DNA of 64,000 nucleotides from Octopus vulgaris (GCA_951406725.2 OX597824.1:24490001-24554000), one strand, 5' to 3'. Shown: positions 1 through 12,900, counted from the stretch's first letter. A program made the numbers and translations. The notes: generated from the letters alone by a model not told the origin.

Positions 1-358
1 AAAAATAAGTCCTGGTTCTATTTTTTTGACTAAAACCCTTCAAGTTGGTGCCCCTGCATGGCTGCAATCTAAGGACTGAAACAAGTAAAAGATAAGATAT
101 ATATATAAAAATATATATGTATATATATGTATATGTATGTGTATGTGTGTTTGTGTGTCTGTGTTTGTCCCCCCAACATCGCTTGACAACCGATGCTGGT
201 ATGTTTACGTCTCCATAACTTAGCGGTTCGGCAAAAGAGACCGAAAGAATAAGAACTTGGCTTACAAAGAATAAGTCCTGAAGTCGATTTGCTCGACTAA
301 AGGCGGTGCTCCAGCATGGCCACAGTCAAATGACTGAAACAAGTAAAAGAGTAAAAGT
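1..358 (+). mobile_element. Two 3' fragments of SINE family A (tRNA-derived, internal microsatellite)
   Basis: Contains the tail ggcggtgctccagcatggccacagtcaaatgactgaaacaagtaaaaga and the body cttagcggttcggcaaaagagaccga seen in the full copies at 4220-4679 and 46016-46424. Confidence 0.8.
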
Positions 359-494
359 GTATATGTGTGTGTGTATGTGTATGAATACACACGCGCACAC
401 ACACATGCACATACACACATACACACACGTATATAGTTTTTTTTCTATATTGCGTGTATATGTATGTGTTGTGCATGTGTGTATGTATTGGATG

Positions 495-873
495 GAAGCA
501 CTCCGTCGGTTACGACGATGAGGGTTCTGGTTGATCCGAATCAACGGAACAGCCTGCTCGTGAAATTAACGTGTAAGTGGCTGAGCACTCCACAGACACG
601 TGTACCCTTAACGTAGTTCTCGGGGATATTCAGCGTGACACAGAGAGTGACAAGGCCGGCCCTTTGAAATACAGGTACAACAGAAACAGGAAGTAAGAGT
701 GAGAGAAAGTTGTGGTGAAAAAGTACAGCGGGGTTCACCCCCCCCCATCCCCGCCTTGTAGAGCGTAGGTGTTTTCGCTCAATAAACACGCACAATGCCC
801 GGTCTGGGAATCGAAACCGTGATCCTATGACCGCGAGTCCGCTGCCCTAACCACTGGGCCATTGCGCCTCCAC
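495..873 (-). mobile_element. tRNA-derived SINE, family C (V-SINE-like body)
   Basis: Minus strand begins gtggaggcgcaatggcccagtggttagggcagcggactc...gtttcgattccc (Pol III A and B boxes); head shared with copies at 5806, 6454, 17340 and 62660. Confidence 0.8.
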
Positions 874-1097
874 TGTGTATGTATTACGAGTATGTTTGCA
901 TTATTATCATTTGTAAGCACGGTTAGCTGGTTGAATTGTTAGAGCGTCGGGGGAAAATTCCCTGCGTAATTTGTTCCGGCCCTTTACGTTCTGCGTTCAA
1001 ATCCCATCGATGTCAACTTTAACCTATAAACCTTTCGAGGTCGATAAAATTAAATGACAACTCATTTAAGGGTGGAGGCTTAGCAGAATTGTATGTA

Positions 1098-1644
1098 TTG
1101 GGTTGTCCGGAAAGTTCGTGCCGATTTTTAAAAGAAAGTAAAAGGTCAATAAATACTCGTCATTACATTTTTAATCAACCAAATATGAAGCACAATGCGT
1201 CTCCATCTTTCCTTTAGCTTGAAAATACCCTCTTCCCAGAATTGAGATCGTTTCATGGCAAAGAATTCATCAAGGTATCTTTTTATCTCATCCAAGGAAT
1301 TGAAATTTTTACTATTAAAACTATTCTGCAGAGACCTGAAAAAGTGGAAATCCGAAGGAGCAATATCTGGTGAATATGAAGGGTGGGGTAACACATCCCA
1401 GCCGAGCTTTGTCTGGTTCCCAAATCATCAAGTGCCGAAAATGAACTTTCTTATCTTCCATTTTAAAGGGTTACAGAATTAACACAGGTTATAGGAACAT
1501 AAATCTTCTTCCCCGAAAAGATAGCTTAAACCGTACTCTAAATGGAAGTGTAGTCAAAATCCTATTTTATGGACTCAGCCATGTTCTAAAATAAGTCGAA
1601 ACGTAAGCTACTATAAATCGGCACGAACTTTCCGGACAACCCAA
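1098..1644 (-). mobile_element. Internally deleted mariner transposon
   Basis: 30-bp TIRs ttgggttgtccggaaagttcgtgccgattt (1098-1127, 1615-1644), TA on both flanks; ORF 1146-1394 has the mariner motif PHPSYSPDIAPSDFHFF. Confidence 0.95.
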
Positions 1645-1789
1645 TACATCGGACCAAATGCCTTGTTTGCTTTTGTTCTGATTGTTTGCATTCTGGGTTC
1701 AAAACTCATCATGTCCAACTTGTTTGGTTATACCTAATTGGTCACCCGGTTGTCACACGATCATCTAATACATTGTGTGTTCTTAGCGA

Positions 1790-2015
1790 AGCTTTCTCTG
1801 TTGCGAGCATTTGGGTTCGGTCACCGACATGAGGACCACTTCTTCTCTCCTTTCTACCAGTCTCAGTAGTTCTGTAAAAGGTCTTGGACACTAGCTTCTC
1901 TCGTGACCAAACAGGAGATACAAAGACACTCTCAAGAAGACCTTAGAAACGTGTAACTTAAAACGGTGTACTCGGGGACATCTTGCTTAAGGACGCTCAC
2001 TGTGGCGTAAACTTC
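1790..2015 (+). pseudogene. Decayed RTE-type LINE ORF2 C-terminal remnant
   Basis: Translates PNRRYKDTLKKTLETCNL...LA*GRSLWRK, resembling the RTE C-terminal RPxxRWKD..K / AxDRxxWR pattern. Confidence 0.55.
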
Positions 2016-2340
2016 TTTCATTTCACTCTGTTTTAGTGCTCCTTCGCAATTTAAACCAGGTGTTTTGTATTAAATTTCTCGCATTATATGTGAATAAATA
2101 CAATACCTATTCATACAGATGCTTGTATATGCGTGTGTGAGTTTGTGTGTGTGTGTGTGTGTGTGCGTGCGTATGTGTGTGTGCGCGCGCGTGTGTGTGT
2201 GTGTCAGTGTTTCGTCGTGATATAACAGTAAAGGATGTATTAATTCCATAAAGATTGCTGCCTCTATCTGCTCGATATTTGTTCCGCCCTGTGTTACAGA
2301 TACTCCCTTGTCTCGGTCACCAACTGAATCTCAGTGAGCC

Positions 2341-2907
2341 TGTGATTTGGCCCGTTGGAAGTCTATAACCAACGACGCTATAGTTCACAAACTGTGATAT
2401 GAAACAATCAAAATTAATAACTCGAATGCATGCACCAGGTTGTGGCGGCGATGATTGTGGCGATGGTGGTGGCAGTGGTGTTTGCGGTTCTGGTGCTTAC
2501 AGTGAAGTTGAGAACATGGAGGAGAATGGGTTGTGATTTGACCCGTTGGAACCCTATAACCAACGACGCTATAGTTCACAAACTGTGATATGAAACAATC
2601 AAAATTAATAACTCGAATGCATGCATGCACCGGGTTGTGGCGGCGATGGTGGTGGCGATGGTGGTGGCGGTGGTGTTTGCGGTTCTGGTGCTTACAGTGA
2701 AGTTGAGAACATGGAGGAGAATGGGTTGTGATTCGACCCGTTGGAAGCCTATAACCAACGACGCTATTGTTCACAAACTGTTATGAAACAATCAAAATTA
2801 ATAACTCGAATGCATGCACCAGGTTGTGGCGGCGATGGTGGTGGCGATGGTGGTGGCAGTGGTGTTTGCGGTTCTGGTGCTTACAGTGAAAATGGAGGAG
2901 AATGGGT
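2341..2907. repeat. Tandem repeat, 3 units of about 190 bp
   Basis: Units start tgtgatt..cccgttggaa at 2341, 2532 and 2727 and are near-identical. Confidence 0.95.
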
Positions 2908-3311
2908 GATCTGTCTGTGACCCGAGTCCATGACCCAGTTCTAGTTGACAGTTGAAACAGTGGCGTTCTTATATTTCACCCTTACGTCACTGATGTCCTT
3001 CAGAATAAAAGAGACAAAAAAAGAAGAACAAAGAATCAATGCGTCTCTCATTTATTCCATTGTATATGGTATATGAATGACCTTCCCTTCTGTTCTACAG
3101 CTGTGCAATTTCTAACAGAAGCAAGTTCCAGCTTTACTTTGGATTCTTTACGACGTGTCGCACATGTTGACTTTTCACAGTTTAAGAAAGAGAACATCTG
3201 AATTTCAATGATGAAGGGAGAAAGACGGGGAGAGGGCGGGGCGGCAGATAGACAGACATCAATTGAGAGAAAGAGTGAGAGAGAGAGCGCGGGGGGGGTA
3301 GATAGACAGGC

Positions 3312-3351
<40 letters not shown>

Positions 3352-3847
3352 TTGCTAGCTTTCTGTGACCCGAGTCTGCGAGTCTACCAATTCTAACATA
3401 TCATTTTACATCACTGATGTCCTTCAGAAAGAAGAACAAAAAAGCAAAAGAAAAAAAACTAACAACAAAAACCAGAGCAGAACAAAAAAACCTTGTATAT
3501 TTCTCATTTACCTTATTGTATATATAAGTCAGTGACCTTCTACAGCTGTGCTTTCCATGAACTTTTGTGGTGAATATCGGTTTCTATCTTAGATAACAGA
3601 TCACGCATTTTGAAATAGGGTACATTCAGTTAATTCGACCGCACGTGTGACTTGTGTGTGTTTTATAGTACTGAAAAAAAAAAAAAAAACATTATTCGAA
3701 GAGGAATTTAAACCTTTTGGTAACAACACGCCTGAATCTACCCTTGGTTCCATGATACAAACTTTTTTTGTTTTAAAGTAATATAAATTAAAAACTTCCA
3801 TCAAAAAATTCCATCAATATTTTGAGTTCATTTATATTCCAAACGTC

Positions 3848-4110
3848 GAGGCGCGTGGCTTAGTGGTTAGGGTGTCAGCAGCATGATCGTAAGCTTGTGG
3901 TTTCGATTCCTGGATCGGGCGACGCGTTGTGTTCTTGAGCAAAACACTTCATTTCACGTTGCTCCTGTACTCTCAGATGGCAAAAAAAACGAGTAACGCT
4001 GCGATGGACTGGCGTCCCGTCCAGCTGAGGAACACATACGCCACTGAACCCGGGAAACCGGGCCCATGTGCCTGGCTAGGCCTTAAAAGGGCGCATTTAT
4101 TTATTTTTTA
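3848..4110 (+). mobile_element. tRNA-derived SINE (V-SINE-like)
   Basis: Head gaggcgcgtggcttagtggttaggg...gtttcgattcc, body ttgtgttcttgagcaaaacactt, TTTA-rich tail. Confidence 0.8.
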
Positions 4111-4219
4111 TTTATATTCCAAACACCAGCTTAGGTTTTTAAGTTTATCTAAAACTGCCATGCTTATTTTTTAGACTTTTAATTAGTCTAGTCCTTGCTT
4201 TATACATTCTAAGAGATAT

Positions 4220-4450
4220 ACTCTTTTACTCTTTTACTCTTTTACTTGTTTCAGTCATTTGACTGCGGCCATGCTGGAGCACCGCCTTTAGTCGAGAAAA
4301 TCGATCCCAGGACTTATTCTTTGCAAGCCTAGTACTTATTCTATCGGTCGCTTTTGCCGAACCGCTAAGTGACGGCGACGTAAACACACCAGCATCGGTT
4401 GTCAAGCAATTGCTAGGGGGACAAACACAGACACACAAACACACACACAC

Positions 4451-4486
<36 letters not shown>

Positions 4487-4679
4487 TTGTGTGTCTGTGT
4501 ATATATATATACATATATACGACGGGCTTCTTTCAGTTTCCGTCTACCAAATCCACTCACAAGGCTTTGGTCGACCCGAGGCTATAGTAGAAGACACTTG
4601 CCCAACATGCCACGCAGTAGGACTGAACCCGGAAACATGTGGTTGGTAAGCAAGCTACTTACCACACAGCCACTCCTGC
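4220..4679 (-). mobile_element. Near full-length SINE family A
   Basis: Reverse complement of 46016-46424: tRNA-like head, internal (TA)n/(TG)n, tail of gtaaaaga repeats. Confidence 0.9.
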
Positions 4680-4734
4680 TTTCCTTTCATAAGTTCCTTG
4701 TTACTCAGGTGCTACGAGAAAAATTACCAATATG

Positions 4735-4778
<44 letters not shown>

Positions 4779-4834
4779 GAAATATTTAAATTACTAAGTC
4801 TCTCTATATATGTATGTATATATATATGTATATA

Positions 4835-4902
<68 letters not shown>

Positions 4903-5121
4903 TCATTGACACCATGGAAATATGCCCTGCGTATCATACATGATACAGTGGTACACAGGACAAGCAAAGGATAAAGATAATAAGGTGTGATTTGAAGGAA
5001 TGTGGTTTCTGTTTCTAGCCCTTGTTTCATATGTACTCAGTAATATAAAACTTTCCTTTCTATGAGTCTCAAGTTACTCAGATGATTGAAAGAAAATGGG
5101 GTGTATGTATCATATATATTA

Positions 5122-5351
5122 GGGCGGCGAGCTGGCAGAATCGTTAGCACGCCGGGCGAAATACGTTACTGTATTTCGTCTGTCTTTACGTTCTGAGTTC
5201 AAATTCCACCGAGGTCGACTTTGCCTTTCATCCTTTCGGGGTCGAGTAAATAAGTACCAGTTACGCACTGGGGTCGATGTAATCGACTTAATCCGTTTGT
5301 CTGTACTTGTTTGTCCCCTCTATGTTTATCCCCCTGTGGGCAATAAAGAAA
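5122..5351 (+). mobile_element. SINE family B monomer
   Basis: Head ggcggcgagctggcagaatcgttagc, B box gagttcaaattcc, core gcctttcatcctttcggggtcga. Confidence 0.85.
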
Positions 5352-5446
5352 TTGTATATGTATCATATATGGTGCATGGATATCAAGGAAATATGCCTTG
5401 CGGATCACATTTGATACACATGACAAACAAATAGTTAATAATCATT

Positions 5447-5660
5447 TCTATTAAAGGCACAAGGCCTGAAATATTGGGGGAGTGGGATAATGGGATTATA
5501 TCGACCCTATTGTTTAACTGGTACTTATTTAATCGACCCCGAAAGGACGAAAGGCAAAGTCGACCTCGGCTGAATATGAACTCAGATCGTAATGACGGAC
5601 TAAATTTTGCCGCTATGCATTTTGCCCGGAGTGCTAACCATTCTGCCAGCTCGCCGCCTT
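5447..5660 (-). mobile_element. SINE family B, older copy with alternative tail
   Basis: Same head and core on the minus strand; tail ..ggccttgtgcc. Confidence 0.8.
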
Positions 5661-5805
5661 AGAAGCAACCAGTTAATGATGATTATTATTTTATTGAATT
5701 CTTCATTATTTTCGAAGTTAACTGAAATAGAGGCAAGATATTTCAACAGAAATATGGCAACAAAAGGGATCATAGAATGCAACTGGACCAAATAAAATGT
5801 ACTTG

Positions 5806-6108
5806 AGGAGGCACATGGCCTAGTGGTTAGAGCAGCGGACTCGCGGTCGAGGGATCGCGGGTTCGATTCTCAGACCGGGCGATGTGTGCGTTTATGAGCT
5901 AAACACCTAAGTTCCATGCGGCTCCGGCAGAAGGTAATGGCGAACTTCTGCTGACTCTTTCGCCACAACTTTCTCTTTCACTCTTTCCTCCTGCATCTTG
6001 CAGCTCACCTGCGACGGACCGGCGTCCCGTCCAGGTGGGGAACCTATATGCCAAGGAAACCGGGAAACCGGCCCCTATGAACCAGGTGTGACTCGAGAAG
6101 GAACAAAC
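5806..6108 (+). mobile_element. SINE family C, full length
   Basis: A/B-box head gcacatggcctagtggttagagc...ggttcgattctc; imperfect target duplication aaataaaatgtacttg / aaacaaaattcacttg. Confidence 0.85.
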
Positions 6109-6430
6109 AAACAAAATTCACTTGGCATTTTGGGTACAGATCTTACTACTCCATCATTCATCACCGCATTAAAGAAGATTCAACCTTGGTCCTTAAACAC
6201 ATAAAATCTTCGAATCATATAAAAAGTCACATTAGATGATGTAGTCCGAGATACACTGTGTGAAGGCGCGTATCTTATGGTTAATGCGTTGTACTCTCGA
6301 GCGTATGATCGGGGTTTCGATTCCTGAACCGTGTGGAGAATCGTGGTCTTGAGCAAAGCTCTTCATTTCTCGTTGATTCAATGCAGTCAGTTTCTTTTTA
6401 TAGAATAATCTGACTGAATTAATTACTAAG

Positions 6431-6903
6431 ATGTATGTATCGAAGGAGCATTTGTTGCTTGTTCCTTCTCGAGTCACGCCTGGCTCATAGGGCCGGTTTC
6501 CCGGTTTCCTTGGCGTATAGGTTCTCCACCTGGACGGGTCGCCGGTCCGTCGCAGGTGAGGGAGCTGCAAGATGCGGGAGGAAAGAGTGAAAGAGAAAGT
6601 TGTGGCGAAAGAGTCAGCAGAAGTTCGCCATTACCTTCTGCTGGAACCGTGTGGAGCTTAGGTGTTTCGCTCATAAACACACACATCGCCCGGTCTGAGA
6701 TTCGAACCTGCGATCCCTCGACCGCGAGTCCGCTGCTCTAACCACTAGGCCATGTGCCTCCACGAAGGAGTATTTAAAGCACATAATGCTTTATGAGTTC
6801 AAAAAGGGAAACAGTACAGTAGAAACAACCCGGAATATCCATTCTGTTTATGGGGAAGAGTGCTTGAACGAAAGAAGTTACAGAAGATGATTTGCGAAGT
6901 TCA
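6431..6903 (+). pseudogene. Mariner transposase N-terminal (HTH) remnant interrupted by a SINE
   Basis: Removing the SINE and one target duplication gives MYVSKEHLKHIMLYEFKKGNSTVETTRNIHSVYGEECLNERSYRR*FAKF, a typical mariner N-terminus. Confidence 0.75.
6454..6762 (-). mobile_element. SINE family C with 13-bp target-site duplication
   Basis: Reverse copy of 5806-6108; flanked by cgaaggagcattt (6441) and cgaaggagtattt (6763). Confidence 0.9.
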
Positions 6904-7129
6904 CGTCTCTGTAACTTAACGGTTTAGCAAAAAGCGCCGATAAAATAAGTAGCAGGTTTAGATTTAAAAAATTGAATATTAGGATCGATTCGTTCGACTA
7001 AAATTCTTTAAGGCGGTACTCCAGTATGGCCGCAGTCTGATGACTGATACAAGTAAATGATAAAAGATACATAGGTGCTGAAATGGCTGCGTGGTTAAGA
7101 AGCTCGGTTTGCAACAACGTGGTTTTGGG

Positions 7130-7237
<108 letters not shown>

Positions 7238-8104
7238 TAGATATATGCATGTATGCATGTATGTATGTATATATATTTATATATGTGTGTGAATGTGTGT
7301 GCGTGTGTGTGTGAAAGAGAGAATGTGTGTGTTTGTGTGTGTGCGTGTGTGTGTGTTTGCGTGTTTGTCCCCCACCATCGCTTGACAACCGATGTTGGTA
7401 CGTTTACATCCCCCGTGACTTAGCGGTTCGGTAAAGACAGCGATAGAATAAGCACTAGTCTTAGAAAGAATAAATCCTGGGGTTGATTTCTCCGACTAAA
7501 ACCGTTTAAGTCGATTTGTGCGACTGAAGGCGGTGCTCCAGCATGGCCGCAGGCAAAATGTATGTCTGTGTGTGTGTGGTTGTAAGTGTGTATGTATGTA
7601 TTGATAGTCATACATTTATAAATGTGTGCATGTGTGTATGTGTATTTTAATTGCTTTCTTTTTCTCTCTTTATTTACACCATTTTAGTTTTTTTTTCTCA
7701 TCCTGCCGGTCTCTTCTTAATCACGTTGCTACACGTGCTTGTCCACGCGCTTTCGTGTCAGTGTAAATTAAATAAGACAAACCTTTAAGCGTGTTTTGTT
7801 TTTTACATTTTGCCCAATACATGGAGTGGCCATGCAGTCCAAAGGAGATAAGTGTATTTTTCCTATTGTTAGCGTAACCCTAAGTCAGTGAGAATTAGAA
7901 CATTGAGATGCCATCACTCATGTTTCGGTTCACTACTAATTCTTTCTGCTAATTTTAACACAAATCTAACGAGTTTTAGGGGAGAGGGCTAGTCGAAACC
8001 CTCTACAAAATCACTTTGAAGTATTTTTCAGTAAGTATTTATGAAATATTGAATTTGTATTTTCTCTATAAAATATCTTTCATCTTTTATTTGTTTCAGT
8101 CATT

Positions 8105-8830
8105 CGAGGCCAGTCGATTAGATCGACCCCAGTACGCGACTGGTGCTTAATTTATCGACCCCGAAATGATGAATCGAAACGTCGACCTAGGCGGAGTTTG
8201 AACCCAGAACGTAAAGACAGACGAAATACCTATTTCTTTACTACCCACAAGAAGCTAAACACTGAGGGGACAAACAAGGGCAGACAAACGGATTAAGTCG
8301 ATTACATCGACCCCAGTGCGTAACTGGTACGTAATTTATCGACCCCGAAAGGATGAAAGACAAGGTTGACCTCAGCAGAATTTGAACTCAGAACGTAACG
8401 GCAGACGAAATACCTATTTCTTTACTACCCACAAGGGGCTAAACACAGAGGAGACAAACAAGGACAGACAAAGGGATTAAGCCGATTATATCGACCCCAG
8501 TACGTAACTGGTACTTATTCTATCGACTCCGAAAGGATGAAAGGCAAAGTCGAACTCGGCGGAATTTGAACTCAGAACGTAGCGGCAGATGAAATACCTA
8601 CTTCTTTACTACCCACAAGGGGCTAAACAGAGAGAGGACAAACAAGGAAAGACAAACGGATTAAGCCGATTATATCGAACCCAGTGCGTAACTGGTAGTT
8701 AATTTATCGACCCCGAAAGGATGAAAGGCAAAGTCGACCGCCGTGGAATTTGAACTCAGAACGTAGCGGCAGACGAAATACGGCCACGCATTTCGCCCAG
8801 CTTGCTAACGGTTCTGCCAGCTCGCCGCCT
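8105..8830 (-). mobile_element. SINE family B multimer (head plus tandem 184-bp units)
   Basis: gaaatac recurs at 8223, 8407, 8591 and 8775 (184-bp period); single head at the 8830 end. Confidence 0.9.
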
Positions 8831-8842
8831 GCTGGGAACTAC

Positions 8843-9168
8843 TTTACTCTTTTACTCTTTTACTCGTTTCAGTCATTTGACTGCGGCCATGCTGGAGCAC
8901 CGCCTTTAGTCGAGGAAATCGACCCCAGGACTTATTCTTTGTAAGCCTAGTACTTATTCTATTGGTCTCTTTTGCCGAACCGTTAAGTTACGGGGACGTA
9001 AACACACCAACATCGGTTGTCAAGCGATGTTGAGGGGACAAACACAGACACAAACACACACACACACACATACCATATATATATACATATACAGATATAC
9101 GACGGACTTCTTTCAGTTTCCGTCTACCAAATCCACTCACAAGGCTTTGGTCGGCCCGAGGCTATAGC
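8843..9168 (-). mobile_element. SINE family A, 5'-truncated
   Basis: Matches the family A tail and body. Confidence 0.85.
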
Positions 9169-9268
9169 AAAAGCCCAATATGCTTTATCAGTAAAGCATA
9201 TTGCTCTACCTTCGTTATTCGAGTACTATTTTTTCCATCTTCTTTCACATTTATGTGCTTACACTGTA

Positions 9269-9325
<57 letters not shown>

Positions 9326-9624
9326 CACAAAAGTCAAGGTAGAAAATGCTAAAATAATTTTATCATAAAAATTAAATGAAAAGTTTTTAAAATGAATATT
9401 TGCATAGTATTCAAATGCAAGGGCCATTTTCCTTGTCTCTACCTGATTCTGTCTTGTTTACTCTTGGCAGAAAAGAAATATATGTGTGTTTGTATGTATG
9501 TATGTATGTGTGAGTATATACGTAAATGTCGAATAATTAGAATGAGTGCTCAACACCTCATCGGTGGATAAAGATTCTTTATTAGTGTAGTAAAGACTTA
9601 ATTACACAAATAAAGTGTGTGTGT

Positions 9625-9751
<127 letters not shown>

Positions 9752-9864
9752 TACACACACTTTGTGTGTGGGTTACCAAGGCTACCGTTGCTCTCATGCC
9801 GACATTTCTCGGCAATTATCAAGCCTATCACATAGAACACTGGTACTTCTCTCCATGTGGAATG

Positions 9865-9916
<52 letters not shown>

Positions 9917-9917
<1 letters not shown>

Positions 9918-10751
9918 GAGCAAAACACCCCCGTCCACTGGACGGTGCTGAGTTTTCAAACATTTAGACCAAATTTTCTCAAAACAATTTGTCCCATAGG
10001 CCTCCCCTTTGAGAAACACTGATTTAACCTAAATTTGAGACACCAGCAAAAGAAGAAAAAAAGATAAACTTTTTCTCTATTCCAAAGAAAAACAATTTTA
10101 TTCACACAAATATGCAACCGAAGAGTTTAAAGTACCAGTAATGATAAGGCTGTTGACTGGGAGAACACAAACATGGTTTAAATAGTAAGCTTGGCAGGAA
10201 AGAAACCTGCTTTAAGCAGTACAAAAACGACAAAAAAATGAAAGATGCAGTTATGTACAGGTTGACGAAAGAAAAGCAGGACAAAAACGGCTTTATCGAT
10301 CGCATTCTCACCTGGAATCGATTTTTGTAATTTTGGGGCAGGTATTTTTTTTCTTTTTCTTTTTTTTCCAACTATAGGCATACGCTCAGGTCAGGCTTCT
10401 TCACTCGCACCATTCTCGCCACTTTCAGCCACCGTTCAACAATCTGGCTAGAAGGCAACACTTCCCTCTCTACCCTTATATTCCCTTTCAAGCGAAACTT
10501 GAAGTTGATCACGGATTGGCCAAAGAGATACCGTGGGTATCTACATATCAAATTTGAGAGCAATCGAATGCAGGATGCCCGAGATCCGTCCGAGAAGACA
10601 CACACACTTTTGTCATTTTTTCAAGACTTATACACGCCCTGATACCGTGGGTATCTACATATCAAATTTGAGCGCAATCGAATGCAGGATGCCCGAGATC
10701 CGTCCGAGAAGACACACACACAGACAGACAGAACGGATTTTATATAAGAGA
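9917..10751 (-). mobile_element. Non-autonomous Helitron-like element carrying a LINE fragment
   Basis: Minus strand starts TC(tcttatataaaa) and ends CTCG after the hairpin ccgtccagtggacgg; sits between A and T; internal direct repeat of about 80 bp (10527, 10641). Confidence 0.65.
10375..10535 (-). pseudogene. L1/Tx1-like LINE ORF2 C-terminal fragment
   Basis: Translates FGQSVINFKFRLKGNIRVEREVLPSSQIVERWLKVARMV; homologous to the 12557 and 25420 fragments. Confidence 0.55.
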
Positions 10752-10961
10752 TATGCACACACACTCAGTGCCACGCATGCGCACTTCAATCCCAATATTT
10801 TTTTGTAAATGTTTCTAAGTTGATTTAAATGCTTCATTTTTTTAACGAACAACACTCAACACCTACTGCCCCCAATATAATGACCTCTTGACATTTACCG
10901 GCCCCGAAGGAGGTTCTTACCGCCCAGGTTAAAACCCTCGGGAAGTAAGAGCACTGAGACG

Positions 10962-10992
<31 letters not shown>

Positions 10993-12556
10993 CCCCCTCC
11001 CTCTCCTTCTCTCCCACTCTCTCAGATGTAGGCGGTATGCAGTCTACAGTGCTTGCGAAGTAACAACAGAAAGATATTTGTAGTAAGACAGAGCAAGCGA
11101 TTAATATAATGTCATCGAGTGAAAGTTTTGTCTGTCAGGACAGTCATGGACTAAAGTCAGGACAAATGCTGTCAAAAAAGGCGGGAAGATACTTTCTTGG
11201 TATTTATAGTTCAATGAGCGGGTGATGATGTACGTGTAAGCATGTGTGTTTGTGCATGTGTGTATGTTTGTGTGTATTTCTGCGTGTGCATGTGTGTGTG
11301 TGTGTGTGTGTGTGTCTATGTTATGTACGTTTGTCAGTGATAGAAAAGGGTATAATTATATACATTTTTGTTGTCGGAATGTAACCGTATTTGTGCATAT
11401 CTGTATATGTATGTGTGGTTCACATATATGTATACATGCATACATACTTAAATACATACGTACATGCATGCATGTATACATACACACATACATATATCCA
11501 TGCATGTATACATATATACGTGTATGTATGTATGTATGTATGTATGTATGTGTTTGTGTATATATGTAAGTATGCATGTATTAATGTGCTTTTTACGCCA
11601 TGTTGAAATAAATAAGCAAAGCAATTTAACAGCAAGCTAAAGTCTTACTCGATAACCTTTTTTTTTTTAAATACGAAGGCTAGCGGGCTGAAACTTCGAA
11701 GTTACAATCAGCCCTCTTTTTGCAAAGGATTAACACACGCACACACACAAACTTACAAACGCGCGCCTACACATATTCCACTCTCTCTCACACACACACA
11801 CACATACACACACACACATACACACACACTCATATACATATATATAAATGCGTGAGTGCGTATGCGTGTGTGTGTGTGCATATGTGTTTGTGTGTGTCTG
11901 TGTCTCTATACTTATAACCAATAACTTATATCAAATCTCAAGTAGTTCAATGTGTGTGTGCGTTTGTGCATTTGAGCGTGTGTGTGTGCTTGTGTGTTTG
12001 TGTGTGTGTGTGTGTCTGTGTGTATTTGTGTATGTGCGTGTAGCTCGCTGTTCCAGAAAATACTTCAGTTACTAATTTATTAAGATGAGTGTTCGTCCGA
12101 AATGTGAATGAAATGGCGGGAAATGTATATATTGTACTTGCTAAAGATGCCTTCTCTTCGATAGAAGGTAAACAAACGCCTAACTGTAACTGAACTGTAA
12201 CCAACTCTAGCAGAAACGCACAACTAATCTGTTGAGTAAATAATACGCAGTTCAGAAAAAGACTATCACATTTTTTTTTTTAAATGAAGACAGCTATGGA
12301 CAAATGTTTCCAAATTAGAAACCTTTATTACGAGCAGGTAGACTCTTCAGAAGTGCATCGAACAAACTGCTTAAAACCATTTCTTACACGATTTTACATT
12401 CTGAATTCGAATCTCACTACAGTCAGCTTTGCTTTTCATCCTTTTGCGATCGATAAAATAAATACCAGTCAAGTAGTGATGTCGATGGCAACGACACACC
12501 CTTTCTCTTAGAACCTATAGTAGAAATAATAATAATTATTATTATTGTCATTATTA

Positions 12557-12900
12557 CTGAATCCATCGTGAAGATCGTCCCGCCACCTTCCTTTAACCAG
12601 GAAGGAAAGGCTGTGTCTATATACCTGGTAGCCATGGTGAAAGAAGTAGTATGGCGGACGAGATTGAAGGGGCTGAAGACAAAGACTTTTCTCTTTGGTC
12701 AATCCCGGATGAAATTCTTCAAGTTTCGCTTGAAAGGGAAAATATGGGTAGAGAGGGAAGAGTTGCCTTGCCTTCTAGTCATATTGTTGAACGGTGGCTG
12801 AAAGTGGCGAGAATGGTGCAAGTGAAGAAGCCTGACCTGAGCATATGCCTATAGTTGGAAAAAAACAGAATAGGAAAAAAATACCTGCCCCAAAAGTCAG
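12557..12900 (+). pseudogene. L1/Tx1-like LINE ORF2 C-terminal fragment
   Basis: Translates LVAMVKEVVWRTRLKGLKTKTFLFGQS..FFKFRLKGKIWVEREEL (K..W..R pattern). Confidence 0.55.

Noticed and set aside
2385-2774. His-rich 129-aa ORF
   Set aside because: Arises from the 190-bp tandem unit; unit lengths do not preserve frame
5806-5880. tRNA-like sequences (also near 800-873, 3848, 46016, 62890)
   Set aside because: SINE heads that continue into SINE bodies; no complete cloverleaf
8105-8830. Regularly spaced repeats resembling a CRISPR array (also 18215-18480 and 58286-58358)
   Set aside because: Whole units are repeated with no unique spacers, there are no cas genes, and the context is eukaryotic SINE sequence
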